A stretch of DNA of 64,000 nucleotides from Candidatus Moanibacter sp. (GCA_965215885.1 CBDCEW010000102.1:64001-128000); one strand, 5' to 3'. Counted from the first letter of the stretch, positions 1-11,392 are shown. Made by a program: numbers and translations. The notes: generated by a model not told the origin, from the letters alone.

Positions 1-630
1 GTCTTGGGCGATCGTTCGCTCTGCCATGAACTTGATTTCCCTCAACACTTCTGGAGATAAATGACTGCCCTGAACGAGGAGTGCAGTAGTCAATATCGCT
101 GCATCCAAGGGCTGCCCAGCCGGAGTAGCGACCGGCATAAATCGAGTATATGCCGTCAGCCTTCGAGTTTCCAGGAGTGTGTGGACAGCTGCATTACTCG
201 AATTCTCCAGAAACCCGAGCAGATGCCTGCGATATTCGGAACGGATCAGGAGGCTCATCACTTCATTCTCCGGAAGTGACTTCGGATCGACCGCCAACAT
301 ACTCAGGAACTGCTCAAAATAGGGAGCAGGTCCGCCGGAGAGGGCATAGGCGGGACGTCTCTCCAATAGGAACCGCTGCCTCTCTTCGAATGACGCTCTT
401 CCGACGCGTATTTTCGGTAGGGAACGTATAATTTCTACAGGCCCGATTTTTCCCGAATCCAGGTAGAGAATAGCCAGTTCATCAAGAGATTCCGTTCCTC
501 TTCCCGCTTCGACTAATACTCCAGGCGCAACCGCGCGAAAATGCACCGGAATACCCGCTCCAAACAATGCCAGGACAGATGCTAGCACCAGAAGTAAGAG
601 GGCTTCGAAGAGTATCGCCTGCTTTGTCAT
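1..630 (-). CDS. hypothetical membrane-anchored protein (partial, runs off window start)
   Basis: Open frame read by hand from ATG at 630 (MTKQAILFEALLLLVLASVLALFGAG...) to position 1 with no stop; hydrophobic N-terminus; divergent from def. Confidence 0.7.
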   Translation of the reverse strand, partial: MTKQAILFEALLLLVLASVLALFGAGIPVHFRAVAPGVLVEAGRGTESLDELAILYLDSGKIGPVEIIRSLPKIRVGRASFEERQRFLLERRPAYALSGGPAPYFEQFLSMLAVDPKSLPENEVMSLLIRSEYRRHLLGFLENSSNAAVHTLLETRRLTAYTRFMPVATPAGQPLDAAILTTALLVQGSHLSPEVLREIKFMAERTIAQD

Positions 631-690
631 TACTTACCGGGTGTTTTTGTTGCTCGATAAATTGTGAACCTTGTAGGAGATTAGAGCACT

Positions 691-1251
691 ATGTTGCTCC
701 GCGTGACGAAATACGGCGAGGCCATTTTGCGAAGAAAAGGGGAAAAAGTCCAACGCTTCGACCGTACCCTCGCGCAGCTGGCCGAAGATATGATTGAAAC
801 GATGGTCGGCCACGAAGGGATAGGCCTGGCCGCACAGCAAGTGAATCAATCAGTCATGCTTTGTGTGCTGGACCTCCAGTTGGCTGGGAAGGAGATTGAG
901 ATAGAGTATTCCATTGACGGGAAGCAGCCACCGCTCGAGCTGTTGATGCCCCTGGTGTTGATTAATCCTGAAGTTGAAATCACCTCTAGCGTAGAAGCTC
1001 CCTATGAAGAGGGATGCCTTTCCTTTCCCGAAATTCGGGGCGAGGTTTATCGGCCAAATGCCGTTACTGTCGTATATCAGGATCAAGAAGGCGTCTCTCA
1101 CAGGTTGGAATGCGACGGACTGCTAGCTCGCGTCATTCAACACGAGGTCGATCACCTGAACGGCATTCTCTTTATTGATCGCATGGAGCCTCTGGTCCTT
1201 AAATCCATAGAGCCCGAGATCAGAAAATTGAAACGCCAAACTCGTGAGTAG
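691..1251 (+). CDS. def: peptide deformylase
   Basis: GIGLAAQQ, EGCLS and QHEVDHLNG motifs. Confidence 0.97.
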   Translation: MLLRVTKYGEAILRRKGEKVQRFDRTLAQLAEDMIETMVGHEGIGLAAQQVNQSVMLCVLDLQLAGKEIEIEYSIDGKQPPLELLMPLVLINPEVEITSSVEAPYEEGCLSFPEIRGEVYRPNAVTVVYQDQEGVSHRLECDGLLARVIQHEVDHLNGILFIDRMEPLVLKSIEPEIRKLKRQTRE

Positions 1252-1287
1252 ATTAAAGCGCAAAGATAAAGAATCGCACCCACCCCT

Positions 1288-1695
1288 TTGCAATCACTCT
1301 CCAAAATGGCAAATCTCCGGAACACGAAACAGCGTAAAGCGATCTTGACCGCTCTGAACGAAGCAAGACGACCGCTCAGCGCAAGCGAAATTTACGAAAA
1401 TGGACGTCGATCTTCCCCTGGCCTGGGAATACGGACGGTTTACCGATTTATCCACGATATGGTGGAGGAGGGAAAACTGGTCGGCCTCGACTACCCAGGA
1501 CAACCGCCGCGCTTCGAACTCGTCCATAGGCGCCATCATCCTCATTTTATCTGCAGCAAGTGCAAAAAGCTTTTCGACTTCAAGAAGGAGACCCCGGATG
1601 TACCTTATGACCCTCCCGCGGGTTTCATAATCGAAGGCCAGGAGGTTACTTTTTACGGCACCTGCCCCAGTTGCCTCGATCAGGTGGATTCCTAA
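1288..1695 (+). CDS. Fur family transcriptional regulator (start probably ATG 1306)
   Basis: RNTKQRKAIL, TVYR, HHPHFICSKC and C-terminal CPSC. Confidence 0.9.
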   Translation: MQSLSKMANLRNTKQRKAILTALNEARRPLSASEIYENGRRSSPGLGIRTVYRFIHDMVEEGKLVGLDYPGQPPRFELVHRRHHPHFICSKCKKLFDFKKETPDVPYDPPAGFIIEGQEVTFYGTCPSCLDQVDS

Positions 1696-2130
1696 GACAG
1701 TATTCGGCCGCAGACATAACGAACGCAGGAATAGAAAAGAAACCACGGATTACGCTGATTGCACGGATGGGGAACTAAAAGACTGATCTTGCTGAGCGGT
1801 GCTGCAAATCGGGAGTCGACTCAGTCTTGGTCCTTGGTACCGAGCAGCATGCATCTTCAGAGACTCTTAGCTTCCAAATTCGCACTCTCCTATCCGTGTA
1901 TATCCGTATTACAATCCGGCAGAACCTTGTTTCTTTAGCAAGTTTCTGCGTAGAAGAGGTTGGTATTCAATAAATTGCAGTCGACAAGGTTTGGGATCCC
2001 GCTCAGCGGGATTCGCGACGAGGTTACCCAAGGGAAGTAGGAGTTTCCTTCTGCATTCGCGTCCATCTGCGTGCATCTGCGGTTCTCTTCTTCTTTTTGG
2101 TTGCGGCTAAGCTGCCCTAAGTCATCCGTG
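1691..2130. repeat. degenerate inverted-repeat region of CACGGAT/ATCCGTG and CGCAGAT/ATCTGCG units
   Basis: ccacggattacgctgattgcacggat (~1743), atccgtgtatatccgt (~1892), atctgcgtgcatctgcgg (~2065); the two ends are loosely complementary; lies between convergent genes. Confidence 0.55.
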
Positions 2131-2175
2131 TTCATTACAATCTCCGAACAACGTAAGCAAACTACGGGGTAAGAC

Positions 2176-3159
2176 CTAGTCGACCCCAAAGAGTTCCGGG
2201 TGAATTGCTTCGACCAGCTCCTCGAGGGCATCGATCATGCGTGGGCCCGGGATTGCAAATAGATCCTCTCTGATGATCTCCAGGCGCCTGTTCCTTACCG
2301 CCGATACATGACGCCAGACTTCGTGATGGGCCAGATTCGATAAACCCCGACCCGCTTCCTGCCTGGCCCGCAAATCGGGTGGCACGGCCAATATTAGAAC
2401 CTGGGGATCCGTTTTTACCAAGCCCTCCAGGGATAACTGCGGCCAGCTCGATCGAAGTTTAGCAGCGACGTTTTCAGCATAGCAGAGTTCAATCAAATCT
2501 CCCGCCCAGGAACCCCTCCCGGCACTGTGTAATCCTTCGAGATCATAGAGCAGCGCCACACGAGGCCTCACCAGATTTTCTGCACTCTCCAATATCATTG
2601 CAATCTCATCGCGTCTCTTCTCAATTCCAGAAATCAGCCGCAATGCCTCACCTTTTGATCCGGTGATTTTCCCAATCTCACCAATGTCTCGCAGGACGCC
2701 TTGAAAACTACCATGCTCAAACGCAGCCGAGGTCAGACCAACAGCCTCCATGCGGGCATATACCCGCAACGAGCTCAAAACTGTCCCCAATACAAGGTCC
2801 GGCTGTAGCTGTACTATCAACTCAATATTGGGATGCCGCAGGTCGCCGATCTTTGGAACTGACTGTGCTCCCTCCGGGTAATTGCAGTATGTCGTGTTGC
2901 CTACCAATCGATCCTCCGCCTTTAATGCGAATATTATCTCCGTAATGCTCGGAGCTAGAGACACTATCCGTCTCGGTGAATACTCAATTTTCACTCTGCG
3001 GTCGTAGCCATCCTTTAGCCAAAGTGGATACGTCCCCTCCGCTGCAATCATCCCTCCTGTCCGACTCCCTCCCTCCCTCCTGTAGGGGACCGGCAGAACT
3101 ATCAATATCAGACAGCCTATCAGCACACCAATAAAGTAATATCGCGCGCGACGTCCCAT
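2176..3159 (-). CDS. btuF: cobalamin/Fe-siderophore ABC transporter substrate-binding protein (BtuF-like)
   Basis: PRRIVSLAPSITEIIFAL, PGPRM motifs; divergent from TonB receptor and near metH. Confidence 0.8.
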   Translation of the reverse strand: MGRRARYYFIGVLIGCLILIVLPVPYRREGGSRTGGMIAAEGTYPLWLKDGYDRRVKIEYSPRRIVSLAPSITEIIFALKAEDRLVGNTTYCNYPEGAQSVPKIGDLRHPNIELIVQLQPDLVLGTVLSSLRVYARMEAVGLTSAAFEHGSFQGVLRDIGEIGKITGSKGEALRLISGIEKRRDEIAMILESAENLVRPRVALLYDLEGLHSAGRGSWAGDLIELCYAENVAAKLRSSWPQLSLEGLVKTDPQVLILAVPPDLRARQEAGRGLSNLAHHEVWRHVSAVRNRRLEIIREDLFAIPGPRMIDALEELVEAIHPELFGVD

Positions 3160-3230
3160 CCTATTTTATTGGCATATAATTGTCATTAAGCCTTGAAAAA
3201 GAGAGCTAGGCAAACAAAAGAGTATGGGGT

Positions 3231-5120
3231 ATGGAAGAGAATCTCGAGAAAATGAGAAGCGCGTTGAAGGTATTTTCAGTACTATTTACTGTTATAGTGC
3301 TTTCTGAAACGGAAGTGTGGGGTCAAGAAAGCAAGGAAACGAGGCGAGAGGTGGAGGAGGAAAGCGAACTGCATGCCTACGTGGTAGTGGCATCGCGAAC
3401 ACCGATAACTATGGAACGAACGTCTCCCTCGATATCAGTAGTCTACAAAGAGGAGATCGAAGACCGGCAATATCAGCGGCTGGAAGATGTGCTGAGGATT
3501 CTACCCGGGCTCAGTCTTGCGACGACGGGACAGAGAGGTGCCGTCACCTCGCTATTTACTCGTGGCACGAACAGCGATCACACGGCGTTTCTCTTGGATG
3601 GACGAAAATTGAATGGAGGATTTTCCGGCAGTTACAATCTGGCGCAGCTCGGTCTGGAAAACATAGAGAGTGTCGAGGTCATGCGGGGCGCATCCTCCAC
3701 TCTTTATGGCGCGGAGGGGCTTGGGGGGGTGGTAAACCTGCGGTATCGGCACAAGACTGATAGAGAGGGGCAAGCGATTACCGCAACAGGCGAGGGAGGA
3801 TCTTTTGATTCTTACCGGGCCACCCTGAGCGGAGAATGGGAAAGCGATCGGGTTGGAGCTTCGTTGGGCATTTCGCACTTTGAAACGGCCAACCAGGAAC
3901 CGAACAGTCGCTACCGGATCACAAATCTGATGCCCCGCTTCAGATTCAAACTCGATGAGAGAGCGGAGATTGATCTTGTCGGGCTCTACTATAATTCGGA
4001 CATCGGGACGCCTGACAACAGAAAGTCGTTTGCCTACCCGGCTCTATTTGACTTCCAGACCACAAAGTCGTGGATGATCTCACCGGGCCTATCATGGAAA
4101 TACAGGAAGGCGCTTTCGGCCCGCCTCTTCTACTCTCGTAGCGAGGATAGAATTGAGGCGAAGAATGTCGGATTTTTCTTTCATACGGATTCACGGACTC
4201 ATACCGATCAGGTCGATCTCCAGGTTGACTGGTCACCGACCGACAACGTAACCGGTACTGTTGGAGCGGTTTACTTCAACCAGGACTATCTTCAGGAAGA
4301 TCTTCTTTTCGGGGGACGGCCTTTTGACAATAGTTGGAACAGCCGGAGCATCTACGGCCAGATTCAATGGCAGACGAAGCAGAATTTTTTCCTAACCGGG
4401 GGAGTACGGTATGACGACTACTCCGATTTCGGTAGCCCTCTGACATGGAACCTATCGATTAACAGGAAACTCCCCCTTTTCGGCGCAGATCTTTTTGCCA
4501 AAGCGGCCACCGCATATGCAACCCCGCAGGCCATCGACCTATATGGCATCTTCGGCAACCCGGAACTCAATGCGGAGGAGAGTGATAGCTGGGAATTCGG
4601 AATAAAGCAAAAGCTCTACGGAGAGAAGATCTCCTGGAGTGCGCTATTTTTCCACAATGATTTTGTTAATCTGATCACCGGATTTCCTCCGGTTAACGCC
4701 GGAAGAGCATTTTCCGAAGGTCTCGAGACTTCCTTTCGGCTAACTCCCCATAAGCGGCTCCTTATCTACGCGAACTACACCTACCTCACAGCGGAGAATC
4801 TCGACAGCAATTCTCGACTGGCGAGGCGTCCCCGGCACCAGGGGACAATTGGGCTGAGACTGAGGGACAAGAGAGGTCTAACCGCGGGCTTCGAATTTCG
4901 GTTCGTGAGCGATCGGGAAGATATCGATGGAGGGACCTTTGTTCGCATCGATGGAGAAGATTATTCAGTAGCGCGCATCTATGGAAGTTACCGTATTTCC
5001 GAAAGCTTCTCCGTCTTTGGGCGGGTGGAGAATCTTTTCAATGAGCAGTACGACGAAGTCGACGGTTTCAAGACGTTGGACATGGGCGCCTATTTCGGCG
5101 CCCGGCTCTCCTTCAGATAG
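3231..5120 (+). CDS. btuB: TonB-dependent receptor, BtuB-like
   Basis: Plug motifs (VVVASRT, RGTNSDHT, IESVEVMRGASSTLYG), ENLFNEQY, C-terminal aromatic strand; B12 context. Confidence 0.8.
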   Translation: MEENLEKMRSALKVFSVLFTVIVLSETEVWGQESKETRREVEEESELHAYVVVASRTPITMERTSPSISVVYKEEIEDRQYQRLEDVLRILPGLSLATTGQRGAVTSLFTRGTNSDHTAFLLDGRKLNGGFSGSYNLAQLGLENIESVEVMRGASSTLYGAEGLGGVVNLRYRHKTDREGQAITATGEGGSFDSYRATLSGEWESDRVGASLGISHFETANQEPNSRYRITNLMPRFRFKLDERAEIDLVGLYYNSDIGTPDNRKSFAYPALFDFQTTKSWMISPGLSWKYRKALSARLFYSRSEDRIEAKNVGFFFHTDSRTHTDQVDLQVDWSPTDNVTGTVGAVYFNQDYLQEDLLFGGRPFDNSWNSRSIYGQIQWQTKQNFFLTGGVRYDDYSDFGSPLTWNLSINRKLPLFGADLFAKAATAYATPQAIDLYGIFGNPELNAEESDSWEFGIKQKLYGEKISWSALFFHNDFVNLITGFPPVNAGRAFSEGLETSFRLTPHKRLLIYANYTYLTAENLDSNSRLARRPRHQGTIGLRLRDKRGLTAGFEFRFVSDREDIDGGTFVRIDGEDYSVARIYGSYRISESFSVFGRVENLFNEQYDEVDGFKTLDMGAYFGARLSFR

Positions 5121-5183
5121 CAGTTGAGCGAAATTAAAGCTTGAGGACTCTTTTCTAAGATTTCTCCCACGGTGGGCTGCGCC

Positions 5184-5288
5184 CTATACCACTGTGCTTG
5201 CCAGTGATCCTCGCTCCCATGTTCGAATGGAGTCTCGGTTGAGCTTTTCTCCTTCATCGATCGATCACCGCAAGGAACAGTGGTATGG
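5184..5288. repeat. MITE-like element (family E)
   Basis: Imperfect terminal inverted repeats cta-taccactgtgcttgccagtgatc ... gatcaccgcaaggaacagtggta-tgg; single copy in window. Confidence 0.5.
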
Positions 5289-5369
5289 CTACTGCATCCG
5301 AGGGCTTTCTCTCTGTGTGAATTCTTTTCCATCGGGGGCTTCCCGATCGTCTCGCGCTGAGTGGGACTT

Positions 5370-5441
5370 CCGCCTCCCCCAGCATCCTAAATCGCCTCAG
5401 ATCCTCTCAGTGGGATGACCGTAATTGCGAATTGGAGTACT
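5370..5441. repeat. remnant of MITE family C (right end)
   Basis: ccgcctcccccagcatcctaaatcgcctc...cgtaattgcgaattggagtact resembles 43673-43735. Confidence 0.6.
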
Positions 5442-5512
5442 TTGCCATGGCGGTTTAATCCGTTGACCTTAAAGTCGATAGCTTCAAGTAATGAATTGAC
5501 CATACTTGACGG

Positions 5513-8500
5513 ATGCCTGATACAGAATCTCAAAGGCAGGTCTTAGAGGTCGAGCAGACCTTGAAGGATCTCCTCGAAAGGCGGATTGTCATCCTCGATG
5601 GCGCGATGGGGACGATGATTCAATCCTATGAACTTGGGGAGGACGACTTTCGAGGAGACATATTCAGGGATCATCCGACCGATCTGAGAGGCAACAATGA
5701 ACTCCTTTGTCTGACCCGCCCGGAAATTGTCGAGGAGATTCACTGTGGCTTTTTGCAGGCGGGCGCTGATCTCATTGAAACGAACACGTTTAATGGTACC
5801 GGTGTGTCTCAGTCCGACTATGGATTGTCGGAGATCGTATACGATCTTAACAGATCCGCCGCGAAACTGGCGAGAAAGTCGGCCGATGAGTATACGAGAC
5901 GGAATCCCGAGCGGCCGCGCTTTGTAGCCGGGGCAATGGGTCCCACGAATCGCACCGCTTCGCTCTCGCCTGACGTGAACAGGCCCGAATACCGAACGAT
6001 AACGTTCGACCAGCTCGTTGAGGCCTATTACGAACAGGCGAGGTGACTGGTCGACGGTGGGGTTGATCTTCTCATTCCGGAGACAGTGTTTGACACTCTG
6101 AATTTGAAAGCCGCTCTCATTGCGATAAACAATCTGAAGGAGGAACGCGGCGTAGAAGTCCCGTTGATGATCTCCGTGACCATCACTGACGCTTCCGGGC
6201 GCACGCTTTCGGGGCAAACGATCGAGGGTTTCTGGAATTCAGTGGCGCACGCGAGTCCGCTCAGCGTAGGAATCAACTGCGCCCTGGGTGCCACGGAGAT
6301 GCGCCCCTATATTGAGGAACTCTCACGCCTTTCCGACTGTTATCTCAGCTGCTATCCCAATGCCGGGCTTCCCAACGCATTCGGTGGTTATGACGATTCT
6401 CCGGAAAAGATGGCACGGCTGCTGGGGGAGTTCGCCAGCGAGGGGTGGCTCAACATGGTTGGCGGCTGTTGCGGGACAACCCCGCGCCACATTGAGGCGA
6501 TAGCGGGCGCCGTTCAGGCAATTCCCCCCCGTAAGAGGCCGACCATTCCGATGGCCACAAGACTGAGTGGCCTCGAAGCGCTTAATCTCGTAGGTGATGA
6601 AGCCCCTTTTATGATTGTGGGCGAACGTACCAATGTCACGGGCTCGCCGGGTTTTCGAAAGCTTATCAAAGCCAATGACTTCGAGGCCGCACTTGCCGTT
6701 GCACGCCATCAAGTGGAAAGCGGCGCCAATATGATCGATGTAAACTTCGATGAAGCCCTCCTCGATGGTGAGGCGAGCATGACTCGGTTTCTCAATTTGG
6801 TCGCATCGGAACCTGATATATCCCGAATCCCGGTTCTGGTCGACAGCTCGAGATGGTCCGTCATCGAGGCCGGCCTGAAATGCGTTCAGGGAAAATGTAT
6901 CGTCAACTCCATCAGCTTGAAAGAGGGGGAGGAGAGGTTTCTTGAACAGGCACGCACTATCCAGAGTTACGGAGCGGCCGTCGTTGTCATGGCCTTCGAC
7001 GAGAAAGGCCAGGCCACCACGGTTGAACAAAAAGTTGGAATATGCCGGCGCGCGTATGCTCTCCTGACGGAGAGACTCGGTTTCTGCCCCGCCGACATCA
7101 TTTTTGATCCAAACATCCTTACAATAGCCACCGGGATGGAAGAACACAACGAATACGCGGTGAATTTCCTGAAGGCGATACCTGAGATCAAGAAACATTG
7201 TCCCCATGCCCTGGTAAACGGTGGCGTCAGTAATATTTCTTTCTCGTTTCGAAGCCAGAAGGTGGTACGGGAAGCGATGCACGCAGCTTTCCTTTACCAC
7301 GCCATAAAAGCTGGGCTCGATATGGCGATCGTCAACGCCGGCCTCCTTGCTGTTTACGAGGAGATTCCGGAAGATCTCCTCGAGCATGTGGAGGATGCTA
7401 TTTTTAACCGGCGTCCGGATGCCACGGAACGGCTTATCGTGTTCGCCGAAAAAACCCGGGATCGAGAGAAGGGCAAGAGCAGGAAACAGACGCTTCCATG
7501 GAGGGAGGGGAGTGTTGAAGAGCGGCTTTCCCATTCCCTCATTCATGGCATTACTGATTTCATAGAAAAGGATACCGAAGAGGCCCGTTTGGCCTGCGAC
7601 CGTCCTCTCGATGTCATCGAGGGACCGCTTATGGACGGCATGAAAGTAGTGGGTGACCTGTTCGGGGAGGGTAAAATGTTCCTCCCACAAGTGGTGAAGA
7701 GCGCCCGCGTTATGAAGAAGGCGGTAGCCTATTTGAACCCATTTATGGAGGATGAGAAGGAAAGAACGGGTGTCAGGAGCAGCCAGGGAAAAGTCGTTCT
7801 CGCCACCGTCAAGGGGGATGTCCACGATATCGGTAAGAGCATCGTGGGAGTAGTTCTGGCATGCAACAATTACGAAGTGAAGGACCTCGGTGTTATGGTG
7901 CCGTGTGAAAAGATTCTCGAGACAGCTCGCGCCAACAATGTCGACTTCATCGGCTTGAGCGGGCTGATTACGCCCTCGCTGGACGAGATGGTGCACAACG
8001 CCGCGGTGATGCAGCGTGAGGGCTTCACTTTGCCCCTTCTCATCGGCGGGGCCACCACCAGCAAAGCACACACTGCCATCAAAGTTTCACCTGAATATGA
8101 AGGTGCGGTGTGCCATGTTCTCGATGCGTCACGTGTAGTCGGGGTATGTAATCAGCTTCTCAAACCAGATACACGGGATTCGTTTGTGGAAAAGACTGCC
8201 CGGGAATACGATAAAATTCGGGTGCGCCACAAGGCGAGGATAGGCGGTCGCAAAGTGACGATATCCCTTGAAAAAGCTCGTGAAAAAAAGCTCAAGGTCG
8301 ATTGGCAAAACACGAAAATCTCTCTTCCCACAAGATTAGGTACGCAATCCTTTGACGGCGTCTCCCTCGAGGAGATCGCGACCTATATCGATTGGTCGCC
8401 TTTTTTCTGGGTCTGGGAGTTGAGGGGCGTTTATCCGGGTATTCTGGAGCATGAGAAGTACGGAGAAGAGGCCAGCGAGCTCTATGACGATGCGAAAAGG

Positions 8501-9232
8501 CTAATGGAGGATATCATTGAGAACGACCGCTTCCGCGCCAGGGCCGTCTTCGGTATCTGGCCCGCCAACAGCATTGGCGACGATCTGCGGGTCTACGATC
8601 TGAAAGATAAGGATAGAGTGATCGCGGATTTTCATTGTTTGCGGCAGCAGAAAGAAAAGATCAAGAGTTCCGCATACCTCTGCCTCTCCGATTTTGTCGC
8701 GCCCCTTGATAGTGGAAGGGAGGATTACCTGGGCTTTTTCGCGGTGACCGCGGGCGAAGAGGTGCAGGAATACGCCTCCTTTTTCGAAGGGGAACACGAT
8801 GACTACTCGTCCATAATGGTCAAGGCGCTGGGAGATCGATTTGCGGAAGCCCTGGCCGAACTCATTCATAAGAAGGCGCGCGTTTTCTGGGAGTACGGAA
8901 AGGAGGAGAGCCTGACCATGGATGCGATCATACGGGATGAGTACCGTGGAATCCGCCCCGCGTCCGGGTACCCAGCTTGCCCCGACCACACCGAGAAAGC
9001 GGCGTTATGGGATCTCCTCGAGGTGGAGAAACACACCGGTATCACGCTGACTGAGACTTTCGCCATGAACCCGCCCAGTTCGGTTTCAGGGCTCTATTTC
9101 GCCCATCCCCATTCAAGATATTTCAGCGTCGGAAAAATTGGCAGAGACCAGGTCGAAGACTACGCCGTACGCAAAAATATGAAGGTCGAGGAAGTGGAAA
9201 AATGGCTGGCTCCCAGTCTGGGATATGCTTGA
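5513..9232 (+). pseudogene. metH: B12-dependent methionine synthase interrupted by one in-frame TGA at 6044-6046 (nonsense mutation or sequence error)
   Basis: ORFs 5513-6046 and 6086-9232 are in the same frame; [42 protein letters not shown] motifs; EQAR*LVDGG at the break. Confidence 0.9.
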
Positions 9233-9683
9233 CCTATTGGAATTGGCGGGGAAAAAGGCCGAGGAATCCCGTTCTCCTCAATCGGACTGGGTTTCTGCTT
9301 TAGAGAGACATCTTCCCGATTTAAGAGCGGCAATCAAAGAAGAAGGGAGTATTGCCCTCGTTGTCGCGAGCTGTGCTTCGTTATCCCAGCTAACCCTCAT
9401 ATCAAAGGCCCTGTCCCATCACTCCGGGACTTCATCTCTATCGAGCAACAGGTTTGAGGAACTCGTTCGCAGGGTCGACGAGTCTCCTTATACGCTCTCC
9501 GAGTGGATTGCGGCCTGGGAGACATTTAATGTCTGGCTCGAACGAAATAACCGAAGATCCGATTTTCTAAATGCGCTCGGTTACCTCGACTGCTGTGTCG
9601 AATATATCCGGCCGGCACCCTTCCAACCAACCTTTCCGGAACTCGTCGCTACGATGCTCGATGAGTATGGGTACGAAGGCTAG
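9225..9683 (+). CDS. hypothetical protein, start overlaps the metH stop
   Basis: 152-aa ORF; ATG lies within the last codons of metH. Confidence 0.65.
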   Translation: MLDLLELAGKKAEESRSPQSDWVSALERHLPDLRAAIKEEGSIALVVASCASLSQLTLISKALSHHSGTSSLSSNRFEELVRRVDESPYTLSEWIAAWETFNVWLERNNRRSDFLNALGYLDCCVEYIRPAPFQPTFPELVATMLDEYGYEG

Positions 9684-9732
9684 GAATCCACCCTCCCTCC
9701 CCGGCTATCCGGGAGGGAGGGTGGATTCCTAG
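9680..9732. terminator. long GC-rich hairpin between convergent genes (terminator or minimal MITE)
   Basis: ctaggaatccaccctccctcc-ccggctatccgg-gagggagggtggattcctag; CTAG at both ends; first 9 nt identical to the MITE-A terminus. Confidence 0.7.
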
Positions 9733-9733
9733 A

Positions 9734-10156
9734 TCAAAAGACGACCTTGTAGACCCTCCCATCGTTGGAGCGTGCTTCGCCGTGGCCACTCCTCGACAGG
9801 ATGTTATAATCAGCCACGAGTTCCAGGACGAGTCCGGTCTTGGCACTATGGAGTAGGGAATAGAAATTCCCCGTGCCTCTAACACCGACCGATGGATGGA
9901 CACCGTAACCGGTCCGGCGTCCATAGCGTCCGATACCGGCTCCAATCGTAAAGCGGGCGTTGCTCATTTTTGTATATTTACCGGTGAGCACTTCACCATC
10001 TTCCAGGTAGACCCTGACTTCCCCTTTACCAGAGTCCCAAAACCCTTGCGCCGAATCACCGGACTTGAATTCCACAAATTGCATTTCCTTTAAGCAACCG
10101 GAGAGGAAAAGCGCCGAAATCGCGAAGAGAGTTAATTGCTTCAATTTTGTCACCAT
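9734..10156 (-). CDS. putative lipoprotein
   Basis: From ATG 10156: MVTKLKQLTLFAISALFLSGC (lipobox LSGC); the longer ORF-track start overlaps cysK and is rejected. Confidence 0.75.
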   Translation of the reverse strand: MVTKLKQLTLFAISALFLSGCLKEMQFVEFKSGDSAQGFWDSGKGEVRVYLEDGEVLTGKYTKMSNARFTIGAGIGRYGRRTGYGVHPSVGVRGTGNFYSLLHSAKTGLVLELVADYNILSRSGHGEARSNDGRVYKVVF

Positions 10157-10280
10157 AGGTGGAAGGAGTTTATTAGTGCGAAGTCCACTTCCCATATATC
10201 CCCGTAGCCCGGGATTAGTTTCAAGAATCTCGGAATAGGATTGCAATCGCCCTTCACATGCCAATGAACCCGAAGATAAA

Positions 10281-11252
10281 ATGAAGATCTCTCCTACCGT
10301 ACTCGAGGCGATTGGAAACACACCACTCGTTAAGCTCAACAAAATCTCACGTGACCACGCAGCCCACCTTTTTGCGAAATTGGAATATCTCAACCCTTCG
10401 GGCAGCGTAAAGGACAGGATGGCATGGTACATGGTGGAAGACGCCGAGAAGAGGGGGTTGCTTAAGCCGGGGGGCACGATAGTAGAAAATTCCTCCGGCA
10501 ATACGGGCTCCGCCCTGGCCATGATCGCCGCTGTAAAGGGCTACGAATGCATCATTACGATGCCCGACAAGATGAGCGATGAGAAACAGAATTTGATGCG
10601 TGCCTTCGGGGCGGAAGTGGTGGTAACTCCTACCAATGTGCCGGCTGACTCTCCTGAGAGCTATTACAGTGTGGCGAGACGCCTCGCCAAGGAGATTCCA
10701 AACGCCTACTACCCCGACCAGTACAACAACCCAAAGAATATCGAGGCACATTATCATACGACCGGCCCGGAAATCTGGGAACAGACGGAAGGCCAGATCG
10801 ATCTACTCGTTTGCGGAATCGGCACGGGGGGTACCCTCAGCGGGGCAGGGCGCTACTTAAAGGAGAATAAGCCGGAGATTAAGATTGTGGCGGTGGATCC
10901 GGAAGGCTCCGTCTTTTACCATTACTTCAAGACTGGAGAATTACCGGAACCCCACGTTTACCAGGTCGAAGGTATCGGTGAGGATTACCTCGTAAAGGCG
11001 GTTGATTTCAGTATCATTGACGAGATCATCCAGGTAAACGACCGAGATTCGTTTTTAATGGCGCGCAGGCTCTGCCGGGAAGAGGGACTGTTCGCCGGCG
11101 GTTCCAGTGGCAGCGCTTTGTGGGCGGCTCGGAAAGTAGCCGGAACCCTTGAGAAGCCCAGTAATATTGTGGTCGTTCTACCCGATTCCGGCGATCGCTA
11201 CCTGAGCAAGATCTATAACGACGAGTGGATGCGGGCGAAGGGGTACCTCTAA
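10281..11252 (+). CDS. cysK: PLP-dependent cysteine synthase / cystathionine beta-synthase family
   Basis: KLEYLNPSGSVKDR, SSGNTG, GIGTGGT, PDSGDRYLSK. Confidence 0.85.
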   Translation: MKISPTVLEAIGNTPLVKLNKISRDHAAHLFAKLEYLNPSGSVKDRMAWYMVEDAEKRGLLKPGGTIVENSSGNTGSALAMIAAVKGYECIITMPDKMSDEKQNLMRAFGAEVVVTPTNVPADSPESYYSVARRLAKEIPNAYYPDQYNNPKNIEAHYHTTGPEIWEQTEGQIDLLVCGIGTGGTLSGAGRYLKENKPEIKIVAVDPEGSVFYHYFKTGELPEPHVYQVEGIGEDYLVKAVDFSIIDEIIQVNDRDSFLMARRLCREEGLFAGGSSGSALWAARKVAGTLEKPSNIVVVLPDSGDRYLSKIYNDEWMRAKGYL

Positions 11253-11387
11253 CCCGAATATTTCACAAACCTTCTACTACGATCCCGGCGTGCCGGGATC
11301 GACCGCTGTGCTGCGGAAAAGCTTTGATACGCAGTCCCGGCGAGCCGGGACAATCTCGCTACGAAGTGTGTGAAATGTCCGGGCTAA
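11249..11387. repeat. MITE family B copy
   Basis: TIRs ctaacccgaatatttcaca ... tgtgaaatgtccgggctaa; homologous to 21712, 47008 and 53362 copies. Confidence 0.8.
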
Positions 11388-11392
11388 AGAAC

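Noticed and set aside
5121..5512. Cobalamin or SAM riboswitch upstream of metH or btuB
   Set aside because: No B12-box or SAM-I core found; the hairpins here are explained by MITE-like ends, and the btuF-btuB gap is only about 70 bp
6044..6046. TGA recoding (genetic code 25, or selenocysteine)
   Set aside because: Many genes in the window end in TGA, no other gene has an internal TGA, and the position is not a Cys in homologs
6323..8071. Long antisense ORFs (582 aa here, and others such as 5543-6217, 19564-20358, 58114-58824)
   Set aside because: They are shadows of well-supported genes on the opposite strand and carry no recognisable motifs
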